A DNA stretch of 64,000 bases from assembly GCA_964578175.1 (NCBI GenBank), contig CAZOBH010000004.1, positions 1,611 through 65,610 of the forward strand, read 5' to 3'. The notes under the pieces are model-generated. The model did not search any database. It had not been told where the DNA came from and worked only from the letters and a program-made list of their open reading frames with translations. Positions 47,120 to 59,385 of this stretch are shown here, in pieces. Every line of letters starts with the position of its first letter. Position 1 is the stretch's first letter. Both the position numbers and the translations under genes were made by a program. This DNA comes from an uncultured Clostridium sp. (GTDB lineage: Bacteria > Bacillota_I > Bacilli_A > RF39 > UBA660).

Positions 47120-49231
47120 ATGAATTTAGATGAACTTAATAAAGAACAAAAAGAAGCTGTTTTACATACTGATGGACCACTATTAGTATTAGCAGGAGCA
47201 GGATCAGGTAAAACAAAAGTGCTAACTACTAAAATTGCTTATTTAATACAAGAAAAAGGAGTTAGTCCTTATAATATACTTGCTATAACATTTACGAATA
47301 AAGCAGCAAATGAGATGAAATCTAGAATAGAAAGACTTATAGGTAGAGTAGCATCTGATTGCCAAATATCAACATTTCACTCGTTTGGAGTAAAAATAAT
47401 AAGAGATAATGCAGCAGCATTAGGTTATACATATAATTTCAATATAATAGATAGTGATGATTCTATTACAATTGTTAAAAGAATATTAAGAGAAATGAAT
47501 TTAGATCCAAAACAATTTAATCCTACTAATATTAGAAATAAAATAAGTAGTTGCAAAAATGAAATGATGAGTGTAGAAGAATATTCTAAATATGCGGTAG
47601 GAGAACTAGAAAGAATTACAGCTGAAGTTTATAAAAAATACGATGAGAAGTTAAAAAAATCAGATTCAGTAGATTTTGATGATTTATTACTATTACCAAT
47701 TAAATTATTTAAGGAAGATAAATATGCTTTAGATAGGTATCAAGAAAGATTTAAATATGTACTTATTGATGAGTATCAAGATACTAATGAAGCTCAATAT
47801 ATATTAACAAAGATGATTAGTGCTAAATATAAAAATATATGTTGTGTAGGAGATAATGACCAATCTATATACGGTTTTAGAGGTGCTAATTATAGAAATA
47901 TATTAAATTTTGAAAAGGATTATAAAGGTGCTAAAGTAATTAAACTTGAACAAAATTATAGATCTACTTCTACTATTTTAAATGCAGCCAATTGTGTTAT
48001 TAAAAATAATACTGAAAGAAAAGATAAAAATTTATGGTCTGTAAAAGGTGAAGGAGAAAAGATAAGTTACTTTAGAGCTTTTAATGAAAAAGATGAAGCA
48101 TTTTATGTTATAAGAGAAATAAAAAAAGCTGTTAGAAAAGGGATAGATTATAAAGATATAGCTGTTATATTTAGAACTAATGCTCAATCTCGTGCATTAG
48201 AAGAAGCATTTGTTAGAGAAAATGTTCCATATCATATTGTTGGTGGATTAGGTTTCTATGCTAGAAAAGAAATAAAAGATTTACTAGCTTATTTAAAACT
48301 AATTAATAATACTAATGATGATATATCCTTAGCTAGAGTTATAAATACACCAAAAAGAGGAATAGGTGCTAAAACAGTAAGTAATATTGAGATAAAAGCA
48401 AGAGATAATAATATATCTATGTTTGATGCTATATTAACAGGAAAAGAATATGAATTTAAAAAGTTAATATTGGAATTAATTGAAGATAGTAAAGATATGA
48501 CTTTAACTGAATTAATTGAAAATATTTTAGTTAAAACTGGAATTAGAAAAGAATATGAAGATGAAAAATCATTAGAGTCTGATATAAGACTTGAAAACTT
48601 AGAAGAGTTTAAAACAATTACTCAATCTTTTGAAGATAGAGATGGAGTTATATCATTAAGTGATTTTTTACTTGAGATAAGTTTATTAACAGATGTTAAT
48701 GAAAATAAAGATAATAAAGATACAGTAAATCTTATGACAGTTCATTCTGTTAAAGGATTAGAATTTAAATATGTATTTGTTGTTGGTCTTGAAGAAGGTA
48801 TATTTCCACATATAAATTCATTAATGAATGGTAAATTAGAACTTGAAGAAGAAAGAAGATTGTGTTATGTTGCAATTACAAGAGCAAAAGAAAAATTGTA
48901 TTTTGTTAATGCTCGTATGAGAAGTCTTTATGGTAATTCTCAATCTAATTTACCTAGTAGATTTATTGATGAAGTAGATGAAGATCTTATAAATAAAGAA
49001 TTTAAAGAAGAAAAACAAATATATAATGAAGTAGAGAGTCCAAGTACTACAAAAGTAGAAAATGAATATACTGAAGATGTAGAATTTAATATTGGAGATA
49101 ATGTATTTCATGAAATATTTGGTCAAGGTAAGGTGTTAGAAGTAGGAGATAAAATAGTAACAATAGCTTTTAAACATCCATATGGAATTAAAAAATTAAT
49201 AAAAAATCATAAAAGTATTAATAAGATTTAG
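47120..49231 (+). CDS. pcrA: ATP-dependent DNA helicase PcrA (UvrD/Rep family)
   Basis: 703 aa with LNKEQKEAV, AGAGSGKTKVLT, DEYQDTN, VGDNDQSIYGFRGA, YRST, VHSVKGLEF and YVAITRAK motifs. Conserved pcrA-ligA neighbourhood. Confidence 0.92.
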   Translation: MNLDELNKEQKEAVLHTDGPLLVLAGAGSGKTKVLTTKIAYLIQEKGVSPYNILAITFTNKAANEMKSRIERLIGRVASDCQISTFHSFGVKIIRDNAAALGYTYNFNIIDSDDSITIVKRILREMNLDPKQFNPTNIRNKISSCKNEMMSVEEYSKYAVGELERITAEVYKKYDEKLKKSDSVDFDDLLLLPIKLFKEDKYALDRYQERFKYVLIDEYQDTNEAQYILTKMISAKYKNICCVGDNDQSIYGFRGANYRNILNFEKDYKGAKVIKLEQNYRSTSTILNAANCVIKNNTERKDKNLWSVKGEGEKISYFRAFNEKDEAFYVIREIKKAVRKGIDYKDIAVIFRTNAQSRALEEAFVRENVPYHIVGGLGFYARKEIKDLLAYLKLINNTNDDISLARVINTPKRGIGAKTVSNIEIKARDNNISMFDAILTGKEYEFKKLILELIEDSKDMTLTELIENILVKTGIRKEYEDEKSLESDIRLENLEEFKTITQSFEDRDGVISLSDFLLEISLLTDVNENKDNKDTVNLMTVHSVKGLEFKYVFVVGLEEGIFPHINSLMNGKLELEEERRLCYVAITRAKEKLYFVNARMRSLYGNSQSNLPSRFIDEVDEDLINKEFKEEKQIYNEVESPSTTKVENEYTEDVEFNIGDNVFHEIFGQGKVLEVGDKIVTIAFKHPYGIKKLIKNHKSINKI

Positions 49232-49239
49232 GAGGATTT

Positions 49240-50134
49240 ATGAAAAAAGATTTAACATTAGTTATTTTAGCGGCAGGAATGGGATCAAGATTTGGAGGAC
49301 TTAAACAAATTGAACCAATCGGACCTAATGGAGAGTTTATAATAGATTATTCTATTTATGACGCTATTAGAGCTGGATTTAACAAAGTAGTATTTGTAAT
49401 TAAAGAAGAAAATTATGAAATATTTAAAGAAACAATTGGTAAAAGAATTGAGCCTCATGTAAAAGTTGAATATGCATTTCAAAAGCTAGATGAAGTACCA
49501 AGTTTTGTAGAAATACCAGAAGGAAGAGAAAAACCTTGGGGAACAGCACAAGCCTTATACTGTGCAAGAGAATATATAGATGGACCGTTTGCCATAATTT
49601 CAGCTGATGATTTCTATGGAAAAGATTCTTTTGATATATTAGCTAAGACTTTATCAGAAACAAATAATTATTCTATTATAGGTTATTTAATTAAAAATAC
49701 TATATCTAATAATGGAAGTGTTAAAAGAGGAGTAATCTTTGAAGATGAAAATCATTATTTAACAGATATTAAAGAAAGTAAAGTTGAAAGAATAGATGGA
49801 GTTATTACATGTGATACTTTAGATGGAAAAGAACATTATACAGTAGAAGATGATCATCCAGTATCAATGTTAATGTATGGACTTCAAAGAGATTTAGTTG
49901 ATTTCTTAATTAAAGATATTGATAAGTTCTATGAAGAAAATAAAGAACAATTAGATAGTTGTGAATATTTATTACCTTCAGTTATAGATGATTATATGAA
50001 AGAAACTAACACTAAAATGTTAGTTGAATATACTAAATCTAAATGGTATGGTGTTACATACAAGGAAGATAAAGAAGTAGTAGTTAACGCAATAAAAGAA
50101 ATGATAGAGAAAGGAATATATCCTGAAAAAATAT

Positions 50135-50142
<8 letters not shown>
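49240..50142 (+). CDS. Sugar-phosphate nucleotidyltransferase family protein
   Basis: 300 aa with an N-terminal LAAGMGSRFGGLKQ P-loop-like NTP-transferase motif and GT-A-like fold pattern. AGGAGG RBS 8 nt after the pcrA stop. Confidence 0.75.
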
Positions 50143-52173
<2,031 letters not shown>

Positions 52174-53169
52174 ATGTTTTTAGATGCTTGTACAAATACA
52201 GGAACTTTAACAACAATATTATTTATTAAAGGGGCATTAGAATTTATTAGATTTATTGTACCTGGTATATTACTTATTTCATGTGCAGTTGATTTATTTA
52301 TTAAAGTAATAGATGTAGAAGATGGAAGTCAAAGAAGATTGGTAAGAAAAATGGTTGCAGCAGTTATTGTATTCTTTATTCCAACAATTGCCTTTGTATT
52401 CCTTTCAACTACAGGTACAGAAAATTATAGTAATACGCCTTGCTGGACTAATGCCAATTCAACAACTATTGCTGCCTTAAGACAACAAGAAAAGAAAGAA
52501 GAAGAAGCAATAGATGCTGCTAAAGAAAAAGAAAATAAAAGATCAAAAACAGCTAGAGAAGAAGTTGAAAAGACTAGAGAAAAAGCTCGTAAAGAAAATC
52601 AAAAGAAAGCTGAAGAAGAAAGAAAGAAACAAGAAGAGGAAGCAAGAAAGAGAGAACAACAAGGAGGTGGAGGAAGTTCTTCATCAAGTGCATCTTCTAG
52701 TGGAAGTATGTGTAATGAAAACGGAATAGATGGAACAGTTAAAGTAGAAAATGGTGTATTTTTAAGATCATCTGCTGGAAATAGGGGAAGTAAAGGATCA
52801 GCTCCAGAAGGATACCATATTATTTTCTATGAGAGAATGCAAAAATTTGTTCAAGCTGCTAAAGAAGCTGGTCATACAGTTAATATAGGTACAGGTGGAG
52901 CAGCATACAGATCATATGAACAACAAGAATATTTCTGGAACTGTTATGTAACTCAAAGTTGTAACAATGGTAACTTAGCAGCTCGTCCAGGAACTGGAAA
53001 CCATGAATATGGAATAGCGTCAGACCTATCTTTTGGAAGTACTGCAGATTTATATTGGGCTCACGATAATGCTGCAAAGTTCTGTTTAAAGTTCCCATTA
53101 TGTAATAATGTTAGAACTGGTGATTGTGTTGAAAACTGGCATTTAGAACCAGATAATATAGTTAGGTAG
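52174..53169 (+). CDS. Membrane-anchored M15B (VanY-type) D-alanyl-D-alanine carboxypeptidase-like protein with coiled-coil and Gly/Ser linker
   Basis: Two N-terminal TM segments, a K/E-rich helical stretch and a GGGGSSSSSASSSGS linker. C-terminal AYRSYEQQ, ARPGTGNHEYGIASDL and ENWHLE match the VanY/M15B Zn-ligand pattern. ATG directly follows the ligA TAA. Confidence 0.75.
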   Translation: MFLDACTNTGTLTTILFIKGALEFIRFIVPGILLISCAVDLFIKVIDVEDGSQRRLVRKMVAAVIVFFIPTIAFVFLSTTGTENYSNTPCWTNANSTTIAALRQQEKKEEEAIDAAKEKENKRSKTAREEVEKTREKARKENQKKAEEERKKQEEEARKREQQGGGGSSSSSASSSGSMCNENGIDGTVKVENGVFLRSSAGNRGSKGSAPEGYHIIFYERMQKFVQAAKEAGHTVNIGTGGAAYRSYEQQEYFWNCYVTQSCNNGNLAARPGTGNHEYGIASDLSFGSTADLYWAHDNAAKFCLKFPLCNNVRTGDCVENWHLEPDNIVR

Positions 53170-53178
53170 GTTGATATT

Positions 53179-53856
53179 ATGGATAAAAAGAAATATGTAA
53201 TTGTATTTGTTATCGTAACAATAATTATTATTGTACTAGGAATCTTTAGTTTAACTATGGGAAATAAAGGAACAAATAAAGTATTAATTAACCAAGATTA
53301 TTTAATAGAAAAAACAACAGATATAACTAGTGATGAAATAAGTAAATTACCAGTTATTAATTTAAATAGTGATGATGCTAATGAAGCTAATGATGAGATC
53401 CTAAAAACATATTATGATTATTCATATAATAGTGAAGGATATTTTACTTATCAATATGATATTTATAAAAATGTATTATCACTACTTATAAAAACAATAG
53501 ATTTTAATGAGACAGATTTTGGAGAAATTAATTATATAACTTATAACTTTAATATAAAAACTGGAGAAAAGTTATCAGATGATAAACTCTTAAAAGAAAT
53601 AAATGTTAGTAAAGATGAAGTTGATTCCAAAGTAGAAGAACGTCTTAAATATTATTTTGATAATTGCGAACCTTATGTTGAAAGCAGTAAAGATTATAAT
53701 AAGTTTTTAAAGTATATTGAATATGATAAAACTAAAGAAAGAATAACAATAAAAGATGGATCTTTATATGTATTCCATGTATTTGAACCTAATAAATTTA
53801 TGACTGATGATTATAAAGGAAACTTTAATGAAATAAAAATAGTAAAATTAAAATAA
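53179..53856 (+). CDS. Membrane-anchored extracytoplasmic protein, unknown function
   Basis: 225 aa with an N-terminal TM. The pattern LPVINLNSDDANEANDEILKTYY faintly resembles DUF4163/DUF3298-type (RsiV/PdaC-like) domains. Not confirmed. Confidence 0.55.
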   Translation: MDKKKYVIVFVIVTIIIIVLGIFSLTMGNKGTNKVLINQDYLIEKTTDITSDEISKLPVINLNSDDANEANDEILKTYYDYSYNSEGYFTYQYDIYKNVLSLLIKTIDFNETDFGEINYITYNFNIKTGEKLSDDKLLKEINVSKDEVDSKVEERLKYYFDNCEPYVESSKDYNKFLKYIEYDKTKERITIKDGSLYVFHVFEPNKFMTDDYKGNFNEIKIVKLK

Positions 53857-53884
53857 AGAGTAAATAATACTCTTTATTTTTTTA
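53855..53884. terminator. Bidirectional terminator between convergent genes
   Basis: AAAGAGTA-AATAA-TACTCTTT hairpin with flanking A and T runs. Confidence 0.6.
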
Positions 53885-54815
53885 TTTTATCTCCTTGATA
53901 TATATTATCTCTTTTCATTTTTTTATCTATTTCATTCATTACTACAAATTTTTTTAAAGTCCATTCAGGTTCAATTAATTCTTTAGGATCAGGATCTCCA
54001 GTTATTCTATTAATAACTATTTCTTCTCTTAAATATTCTAATTGTTCGCAAACTATATCTACATATTCATCTCTTGTTAAGATATGAAATTTTTCTTTTT
54101 CATACATTTCTTCTAATCTAGTATCTTTAATAATTTGTAACATATGAATCTTAATCCCTTGTATATCCAAATTATTTAAATATTTAACAGTATCTATCAT
54201 CATTTCTTTGGTTTCATATGGAAGTCCATTAATAATATGAACAACGACATTTATATTTCTTTTCCTTAGTTCTTTTACTGATTTTTCAAAACATTCTAAT
54301 GTATGACATCTATTGATTATTTTAGAAGTTCTATCATGAATTGTTTGAAGACCTAGTTCAACTGTTAAATAAGTTTTCTTAGATAACTCTTCAAGATAAT
54401 CATAACATTCCTTTGTTATACTATCTGGTCTAGTAGCTATATTAAGACCTACTACATTATCTATTTTTAATATTCTTTCATATTTATCTTTTAATTCATG
54501 TAGTGGTGCATAAGTATTAGTATTAGCTTGAAAATATCCTATATATTTAGCATTACTCCATTTATTTTCCATTATATTTTTTATTTCTTCGAATTGTACT
54601 TCTAGAGGTTTTTCTTTATCTCCTCCAAAATCACCACTACCTAGTTTAGAACAATAAATACAACCTCCGAATCCAACAGTACCATCTTTATTAGGACATG
54701 TAAAACCTCCATTGAGACTTACTTTGAATACTTTAGAATTAAATTTATGTCTATAAAAGTAATCTAATGTATGATACCTTTTATTAGAATCACTATATTT
54801 AAAATTATTAATCAT
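53874..54815 (-). CDS. Radical SAM protein, TIGR01212 (YtqA-like) family
   Basis: 313 aa with YHTLDYFYRHKF..KV.KVSLNGGFTCPNKDG....GGCIYCS, characteristic of this family. Confidence 0.85.
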   Translation of the reverse strand: MINNFKYSDSNKRYHTLDYFYRHKFNSKVFKVSLNGGFTCPNKDGTVGFGGCIYCSKLGSGDFGGDKEKPLEVQFEEIKNIMENKWSNAKYIGYFQANTNTYAPLHELKDKYERILKIDNVVGLNIATRPDSITKECYDYLEELSKKTYLTVELGLQTIHDRTSKIINRCHTLECFEKSVKELRKRNINVVVHIINGLPYETKEMMIDTVKYLNNLDIQGIKIHMLQIIKDTRLEEMYEKEKFHILTRDEYVDIVCEQLEYLREEIVINRITGDPDPKELIEPEWTLKKFVVMNEIDKKMKRDNIYQGDKIKK

Positions 54816-54816
54816 A

Positions 54817-56046
54817 TTATGATATTGTATATAAATATAATGAAGCTAAGAATTCATCAGGAAATAAAATACTTAATTCAGATAATTCTTTATAGTGTTC
54901 TACAGGTTTTTCTAAAAATTTAATAATATTTTTAATTAATTGTTTTTTATTAATAACTTTATCTATTTTTAATTTTTTAATATTATTAACATTTATTACT
55001 TTATCATCTACATAATTATTAAATTTAATTTTAATCATATAATTAAATAATTTAGCGGTATAAATTTGATCAATTGGTAATTCAAATATTTTACCTAATA
55101 ATTCCATTGATTTATTCATTAATCTTTTTGTATCTTGATTATTAATAGCTTTCTTATACATTGGTATTTTATTTAATTCATTAATAACTCTGGTATTATT
55201 AACTGCTAATTCTCTTTTAACTATATATGAAAAATCTTCGTAATATTTTTCATAGTTTTTATTAAGTTCATTTAATTTAAAAGTGTATAAGTTTCCTTCT
55301 AATTTTTTATACATTTTCATAGTATCATTATAACCTAGACGGATATTTCTTTTATTTAAAGATTTATTAAATACTATAAAGTCACCTAAATCTATTTGAG
55401 GTTTTATCATAGTAACAGGTATATCTTCATTCTTTGTTTTTCTTTTTAAACCAACTGCTTCTAAATCAACCGCAATTACTTCATCAGCTCCCATATCAAT
55501 TGCTAAGTTAATAGGAAGATTATCATAATAACCACCATCAACGTACTTTTTATCTTTTATCTTTTTAATATTTAATACTGGGAATGCAGATGCTGATGCA
55601 ATTGCATAGTCTATTAATTCATCTTTAGAAGTTTTATCTTTTGTTATTATAGTTGGTTTTAAACTATCTAGATTCATTGTAATTAATCCGTATTTAATTT
55701 TAGAACTATATACTTTGTTAATATTAATACTTTTCTTAATTAACTTAGTAAATTCATCAGTATTAATACCTTTTCTTTCTATTATATTATTACCATATAT
55801 TTTTATTGCTTCTTTAGGAGCAGATAAATCTTTATATTCTTTACCAAAATAATTAGAAATATCTTTTTTTGTCCATAGATTCTTTAATACTACATATTTG
55901 TTTTGCATAATAAATAAACCATTAACAGCACCTATTGAAGTACCAGTAATGATATCTATATCAATATTTAACTTTCTTAGAGCTTTCCATACACCAACTT
56001 GATATGCACCTTTAGCTCCACCACCAGATAATACTAGTGCTCTCAT
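54817..56046 (-). CDS. Patatin-like phospholipase with ~200-aa C-terminal extension
   Basis: N-terminal LVLSGGGAKGAYQVG, GTSIGAVNG (nucleophile Ser) and VDGGYYDNLP (Asp). Confidence 0.85.
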   Translation of the reverse strand: MRALVLSGGGAKGAYQVGVWKALRKLNIDIDIITGTSIGAVNGLFIMQNKYVVLKNLWTKKDISNYFGKEYKDLSAPKEAIKIYGNNIIERKGINTDEFTKLIKKSININKVYSSKIKYGLITMNLDSLKPTIITKDKTSKDELIDYAIASASAFPVLNIKKIKDKKYVDGGYYDNLPINLAIDMGADEVIAVDLEAVGLKRKTKNEDIPVTMIKPQIDLGDFIVFNKSLNKRNIRLGYNDTMKMYKKLEGNLYTFKLNELNKNYEKYYEDFSYIVKRELAVNNTRVINELNKIPMYKKAINNQDTKRLMNKSMELLGKIFELPIDQIYTAKLFNYMIKIKFNNYVDDKVINVNNIKKLKIDKVINKKQLIKNIIKFLEKPVEHYKELSELSILFPDEFLASLYLYTIS

Positions 56047-56148
56047 AACATCACCAAAAGTATTATATCAAAAATTAATAAAAAATGTTATAGATTATAA
56101 TTGTTTATATGATATAATTATAAATAGTAGAGTAATGAGGGTGATTAA

Positions 56149-58629
56149 ATGTATAACTTAGGGCAACATTTTACAATTGATCCAAATAAACTTAAAGCTA
56201 AAGCTGATGTTGTTTTTCAAGGTGCAAATTATAGAATAACTGTACTATCAGAGAGACTTGTTAGACTTCAATATAGCGCTCAAGGTGTATACTCTGATGA
56301 TGCTACTCAATTAGTTATAAATCGTGTTTTTCCTAAGCCTTTATTTGAGGTAAAAGAAGATACTTTATTTATAGAAATTAAAACTAAATATTTTGAACTT
56401 AATTATGCTAAGAATCAGCCATTTAAAGGTACTAACATGAATACTATGAAGAATCTAAATATCAAAGTAAATGGTACAGATTCTATTTGGTATTATGGAT
56501 GTCCAGAAGTTAGAAATTATAATGGTAATAACTCTACTCTTGAATCATTTAAAAAGGTTGGTCCAGCTAATAAAGGATTATATTCAATAGAAGGATTTGT
56601 ATCTATTGATGATTCTGATAACCTTCATCTTAATTTAGATGGTACTATTAAAGAAAAAACTGCTGATGAAGTAGGAAATATAGATATATATGTATTTGTA
56701 TATGGAAAAGACTTTGGTTATTGTATTCAAGATTATTTTACTTTAACTGGTAAACCATCATTTATTCCTAGATATGTATTAGGTAACTGGTGGTGTAGAA
56801 ATCTTCCTTATACTCAAGATGAGATTGAAGGAATAGCTACTAAGTTTAATGAAAATAATATGCCATTATCAGTATTCTTATTAGATAAAGATTGGCATTT
56901 CAGACAAAAACCTGTAAAAGACGAAGCACAACAAAATATGATTAAAACTCAAGGGCTTGTTACTAATGTAGAAGATAAATTATATAATACCGGATATACA
57001 TTTAATACTGATTTAATACCTAATCCTAAGAAAATGATAGATGACCTTCATTCTAAAGGTATTAGAGTTGGTCTTAATACTAATCCTAAAAATGGTATTA
57101 GAGAATATGAACATTTCTTTGAAGATATTAAAAAGTATTTACAACCAAATGAAGAAGGCGTAATTCCGTTTATGCCATATGATCCTAAGTTTATAGATGT
57201 TTATTTAAAATTATTAATACATCCATTAGAAACACTAGGGGTAGATTTTATTTGGAATGATTATGACGCTGATAATGAAGATAGAAAAGTAACCTGGTTA
57301 TTAAATCATTATTTATATAAAGATCTAGAAAGAATTCCTGCTAAACGTGGAATGGTTTTTGGTAGAAGTGGAATGGTTGCTGCTCATAGATATCCTGTTT
57401 TATATTCAGGAAAAACAACAGTTAACTGGAATAACTTCAAAACAATTCCATTCTTTAACCTATCTGCATCAAATATAGGTGTATGTTGGTGGAGTCATGA
57501 TATAGGTGGATATAACGGAGGAATTGAAGATAGTGAGTTATATATTAGATCAGTAGAATTAGGAGTATTTTCTCCAATTCTTAGATTCCATTCTGATAAA
57601 GGTAAATATTATAAAAGAGAACCTTGGAGATGGGATATGAAAACTCGTGAAATAGTTGATGACTATTTAAGATTAAGACATCAATTTATTTCATATCTTT
57701 ATACTGAATCATATAGATATTACACAGATGGTGTAATGATATTCCAACCATTATATTATTTATATCCTAGATTCTATGATGATGATATTTATAAAAATGA
57801 ATATTTCTTTGGAAGTCAATTATTCGTATGTCCTATTCTAGGTAAAAAAGATCCAGTTATGAATAGAACAATACATCACTTCTATTTACCAGAGGGAGAA
57901 TGGTTTGATTTCTTTACTGGTCAAAAATATCTAGGTAAACATAAATTCGTTGCTTTCTATAGAGAAGAAGATTATCCAGTATTTGCAAGAGCTGGTTCAA
58001 TTATTCCATTATCATTGAAAGGAAATATTAATAATACTTCAGCACCTACTGATTTAGAAATTCAAGTATTTGCTGGAAAGAGTAATGTATACACTATGTA
58101 CGAAGATGATGGGATTAGTTCTTTATATAAAGAGGGATATTTCTTAAAAACTGAAATCACTTATAATTATATGAAAAATAATTATACAGTTATAGTTAGA
58201 GCAAAAGAAGGTAAAAGTGGAATAATTCCAGATAAACGTAATTATAAAATTAGATTTAGAAATACTAAATATACTGATAAAGTAGGAGCATATTTTAAAG
58301 ATCAAAAATTAGAAGAAAAACACTATGAAGAAAATAATGACTTTATAGTTGAAGTAAAAGGAGTTCCTACTGTAGGTCAATTTACAGTTACAGCAAGAGG
58401 AGATGATATTGAATATCAAGCATCTCACTTACTTGCAAATGATATTGATGATATTTTAAATAACTTACAAATTGAAACTAAATTAAAAGAAGAGATAGCA
58501 AGAATTATATTTGGTAAAGATGAAACTAGAATTAAACGTATTAATTTAACAAAATTAAAGAAAAAAGGTCTAGATAAATCATTCATTAATTTGTTTAAGA
58601 AATTACTTGAATATATGGATCAAATTTAA
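56149..58629 (+). CDS. Glycoside hydrolase family 31 protein (alpha-glucosidase/alpha-xylosidase-like)
   Basis: 826 aa with GVDFIWNDYD and WSHDIGGY catalytic-region motifs, a (beta/alpha)8 core and C-terminal beta-sandwich domains. No signal peptide. Confidence 0.85.
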   Translation: MYNLGQHFTIDPNKLKAKADVVFQGANYRITVLSERLVRLQYSAQGVYSDDATQLVINRVFPKPLFEVKEDTLFIEIKTKYFELNYAKNQPFKGTNMNTMKNLNIKVNGTDSIWYYGCPEVRNYNGNNSTLESFKKVGPANKGLYSIEGFVSIDDSDNLHLNLDGTIKEKTADEVGNIDIYVFVYGKDFGYCIQDYFTLTGKPSFIPRYVLGNWWCRNLPYTQDEIEGIATKFNENNMPLSVFLLDKDWHFRQKPVKDEAQQNMIKTQGLVTNVEDKLYNTGYTFNTDLIPNPKKMIDDLHSKGIRVGLNTNPKNGIREYEHFFEDIKKYLQPNEEGVIPFMPYDPKFIDVYLKLLIHPLETLGVDFIWNDYDADNEDRKVTWLLNHYLYKDLERIPAKRGMVFGRSGMVAAHRYPVLYSGKTTVNWNNFKTIPFFNLSASNIGVCWWSHDIGGYNGGIEDSELYIRSVELGVFSPILRFHSDKGKYYKREPWRWDMKTREIVDDYLRLRHQFISYLYTESYRYYTDGVMIFQPLYYLYPRFYDDDIYKNEYFFGSQLFVCPILGKKDPVMNRTIHHFYLPEGEWFDFFTGQKYLGKHKFVAFYREEDYPVFARAGSIIPLSLKGNINNTSAPTDLEIQVFAGKSNVYTMYEDDGISSLYKEGYFLKTEITYNYMKNNYTVIVRAKEGKSGIIPDKRNYKIRFRNTKYTDKVGAYFKDQKLEEKHYEENNDFIVEVKGVPTVGQFTVTARGDDIEYQASHLLANDIDDILNNLQIETKLKEEIARIIFGKDETRIKRINLTKLKKKGLDKSFINLFKKLLEYMDQI

Positions 58630-58635
58630 TATAAT
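58607..58635 (+). promoter_or_regulatory. Candidate promoter of the T-box leader (TTGAAT-17 nt-TATAAT)
   Basis: Hexamers with 17-nt spacing straddling the GH31 stop codon. Confidence 0.5.
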
Positions 58636-58641
58636 ATGTTT

Positions 58642-58831
58642 AATTGCTGCAAAGAGTAGTAGTAAATATGAAATCTTTAGAGAAACAGTGGTTGGTGAAA
58701 ACTGTGATGGATGTTTATGAACTTGCTTTGTGTGTTTGCAAATCGTTATTCGCGTTAAGAATTTGAGATAACTTAGGTTATGAATTAAGGTGGTACCACG
58801 AACTTTTCGTCCTTATAGGTATCACTTTTTT
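58642..58831 (+). promoter_or_regulatory. T-box riboswitch leader, Leu specifier (CUU)
   Basis: Stem I AGAGA (58679..58683) and distal GGTTGGTGAAAA loop. Specifier context is GAA-CUU-G (CUU at 58722..58724). T-box sequence AATTAAGGTGGTACCACG lies at 58783..58800. Terminator pairs AAGGTGGTACC with GGTATCACTT and is followed by T6. Confidence 0.85.
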
Positions 58832-58845
58832 ATTTGAGGTGAAAT

Positions 58846-59385
58846 ATGAATATTGTAGTAATATTATTATTAGAATTTATTGTAGTAACTCTGGCAGTTT
58901 ATTTAATTTATTACATAATTATGATTAGAAAATATGATAAAGAAGGTAAGTTAAAAAAGAAAAAAGAGAAGAAAAATATATTATTAGACAGAATCAAAAA
59001 AGGATTATTTTTTAGTGAAAAAGATGAAATATTAACAAGAGGACTTAAGAAAAAGAAAACTAAAAAGAGTGATAATGAAATAGACTTTCCTACAGAAGTA
59101 GAACTGCTGTTATTACAATATGATGTTGATTTAAAAAAGATAAATTATAAAAAACTACTTAAATTAGTTGGATTTATGTGTTCGCTGGATATAGCAGTTA
59201 TTTTATGTATTGTGACACTTATAACTAAGTTAACAAAAATTGATAACGTAATTATTGAATTAGTAATAGGATTTGTATTAATGATACCAGTAATATTAAT
59301 TGGTTACAAAATACTAGGAACTTATTTAGACAAGAAAGGATATGTAAAAAATGGAAATAGAAGAAATAAGAAAAATAGAAAGTAA
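58846..59385 (+). CDS. Hypothetical 179-aa membrane protein between the T-box leader and leuS
   Basis: GAGGTG RBS 4 nt upstream. One N-terminal TM, a Lys-rich loop, two C-terminal TM segments and a basic tail. Overlaps the leuS start by 35 nt. Confidence 0.55.
   Translation: MNIVVILLLEFIVVTLAVYLIYYIIMIRKYDKEGKLKKKKEKKNILLDRIKKGLFFSEKDEILTRGLKKKKTKKSDNEIDFPTEVELLLLQYDVDLKKINYKKLLKLVGFMCSLDIAVILCIVTLITKLTKIDNVIIELVIGFVLMIPVILIGYKILGTYLDKKGYVKNGNRRNKKNRK

Noticed and set aside
54817-56046. Patatin-like phospholipase as a CBASS-type effector
   Set aside because: No cyclase (CD-NTase), cap genes or other signalling genes are adjacent. The only operon partner is a TIGR01212 radical SAM housekeeping-type protein.
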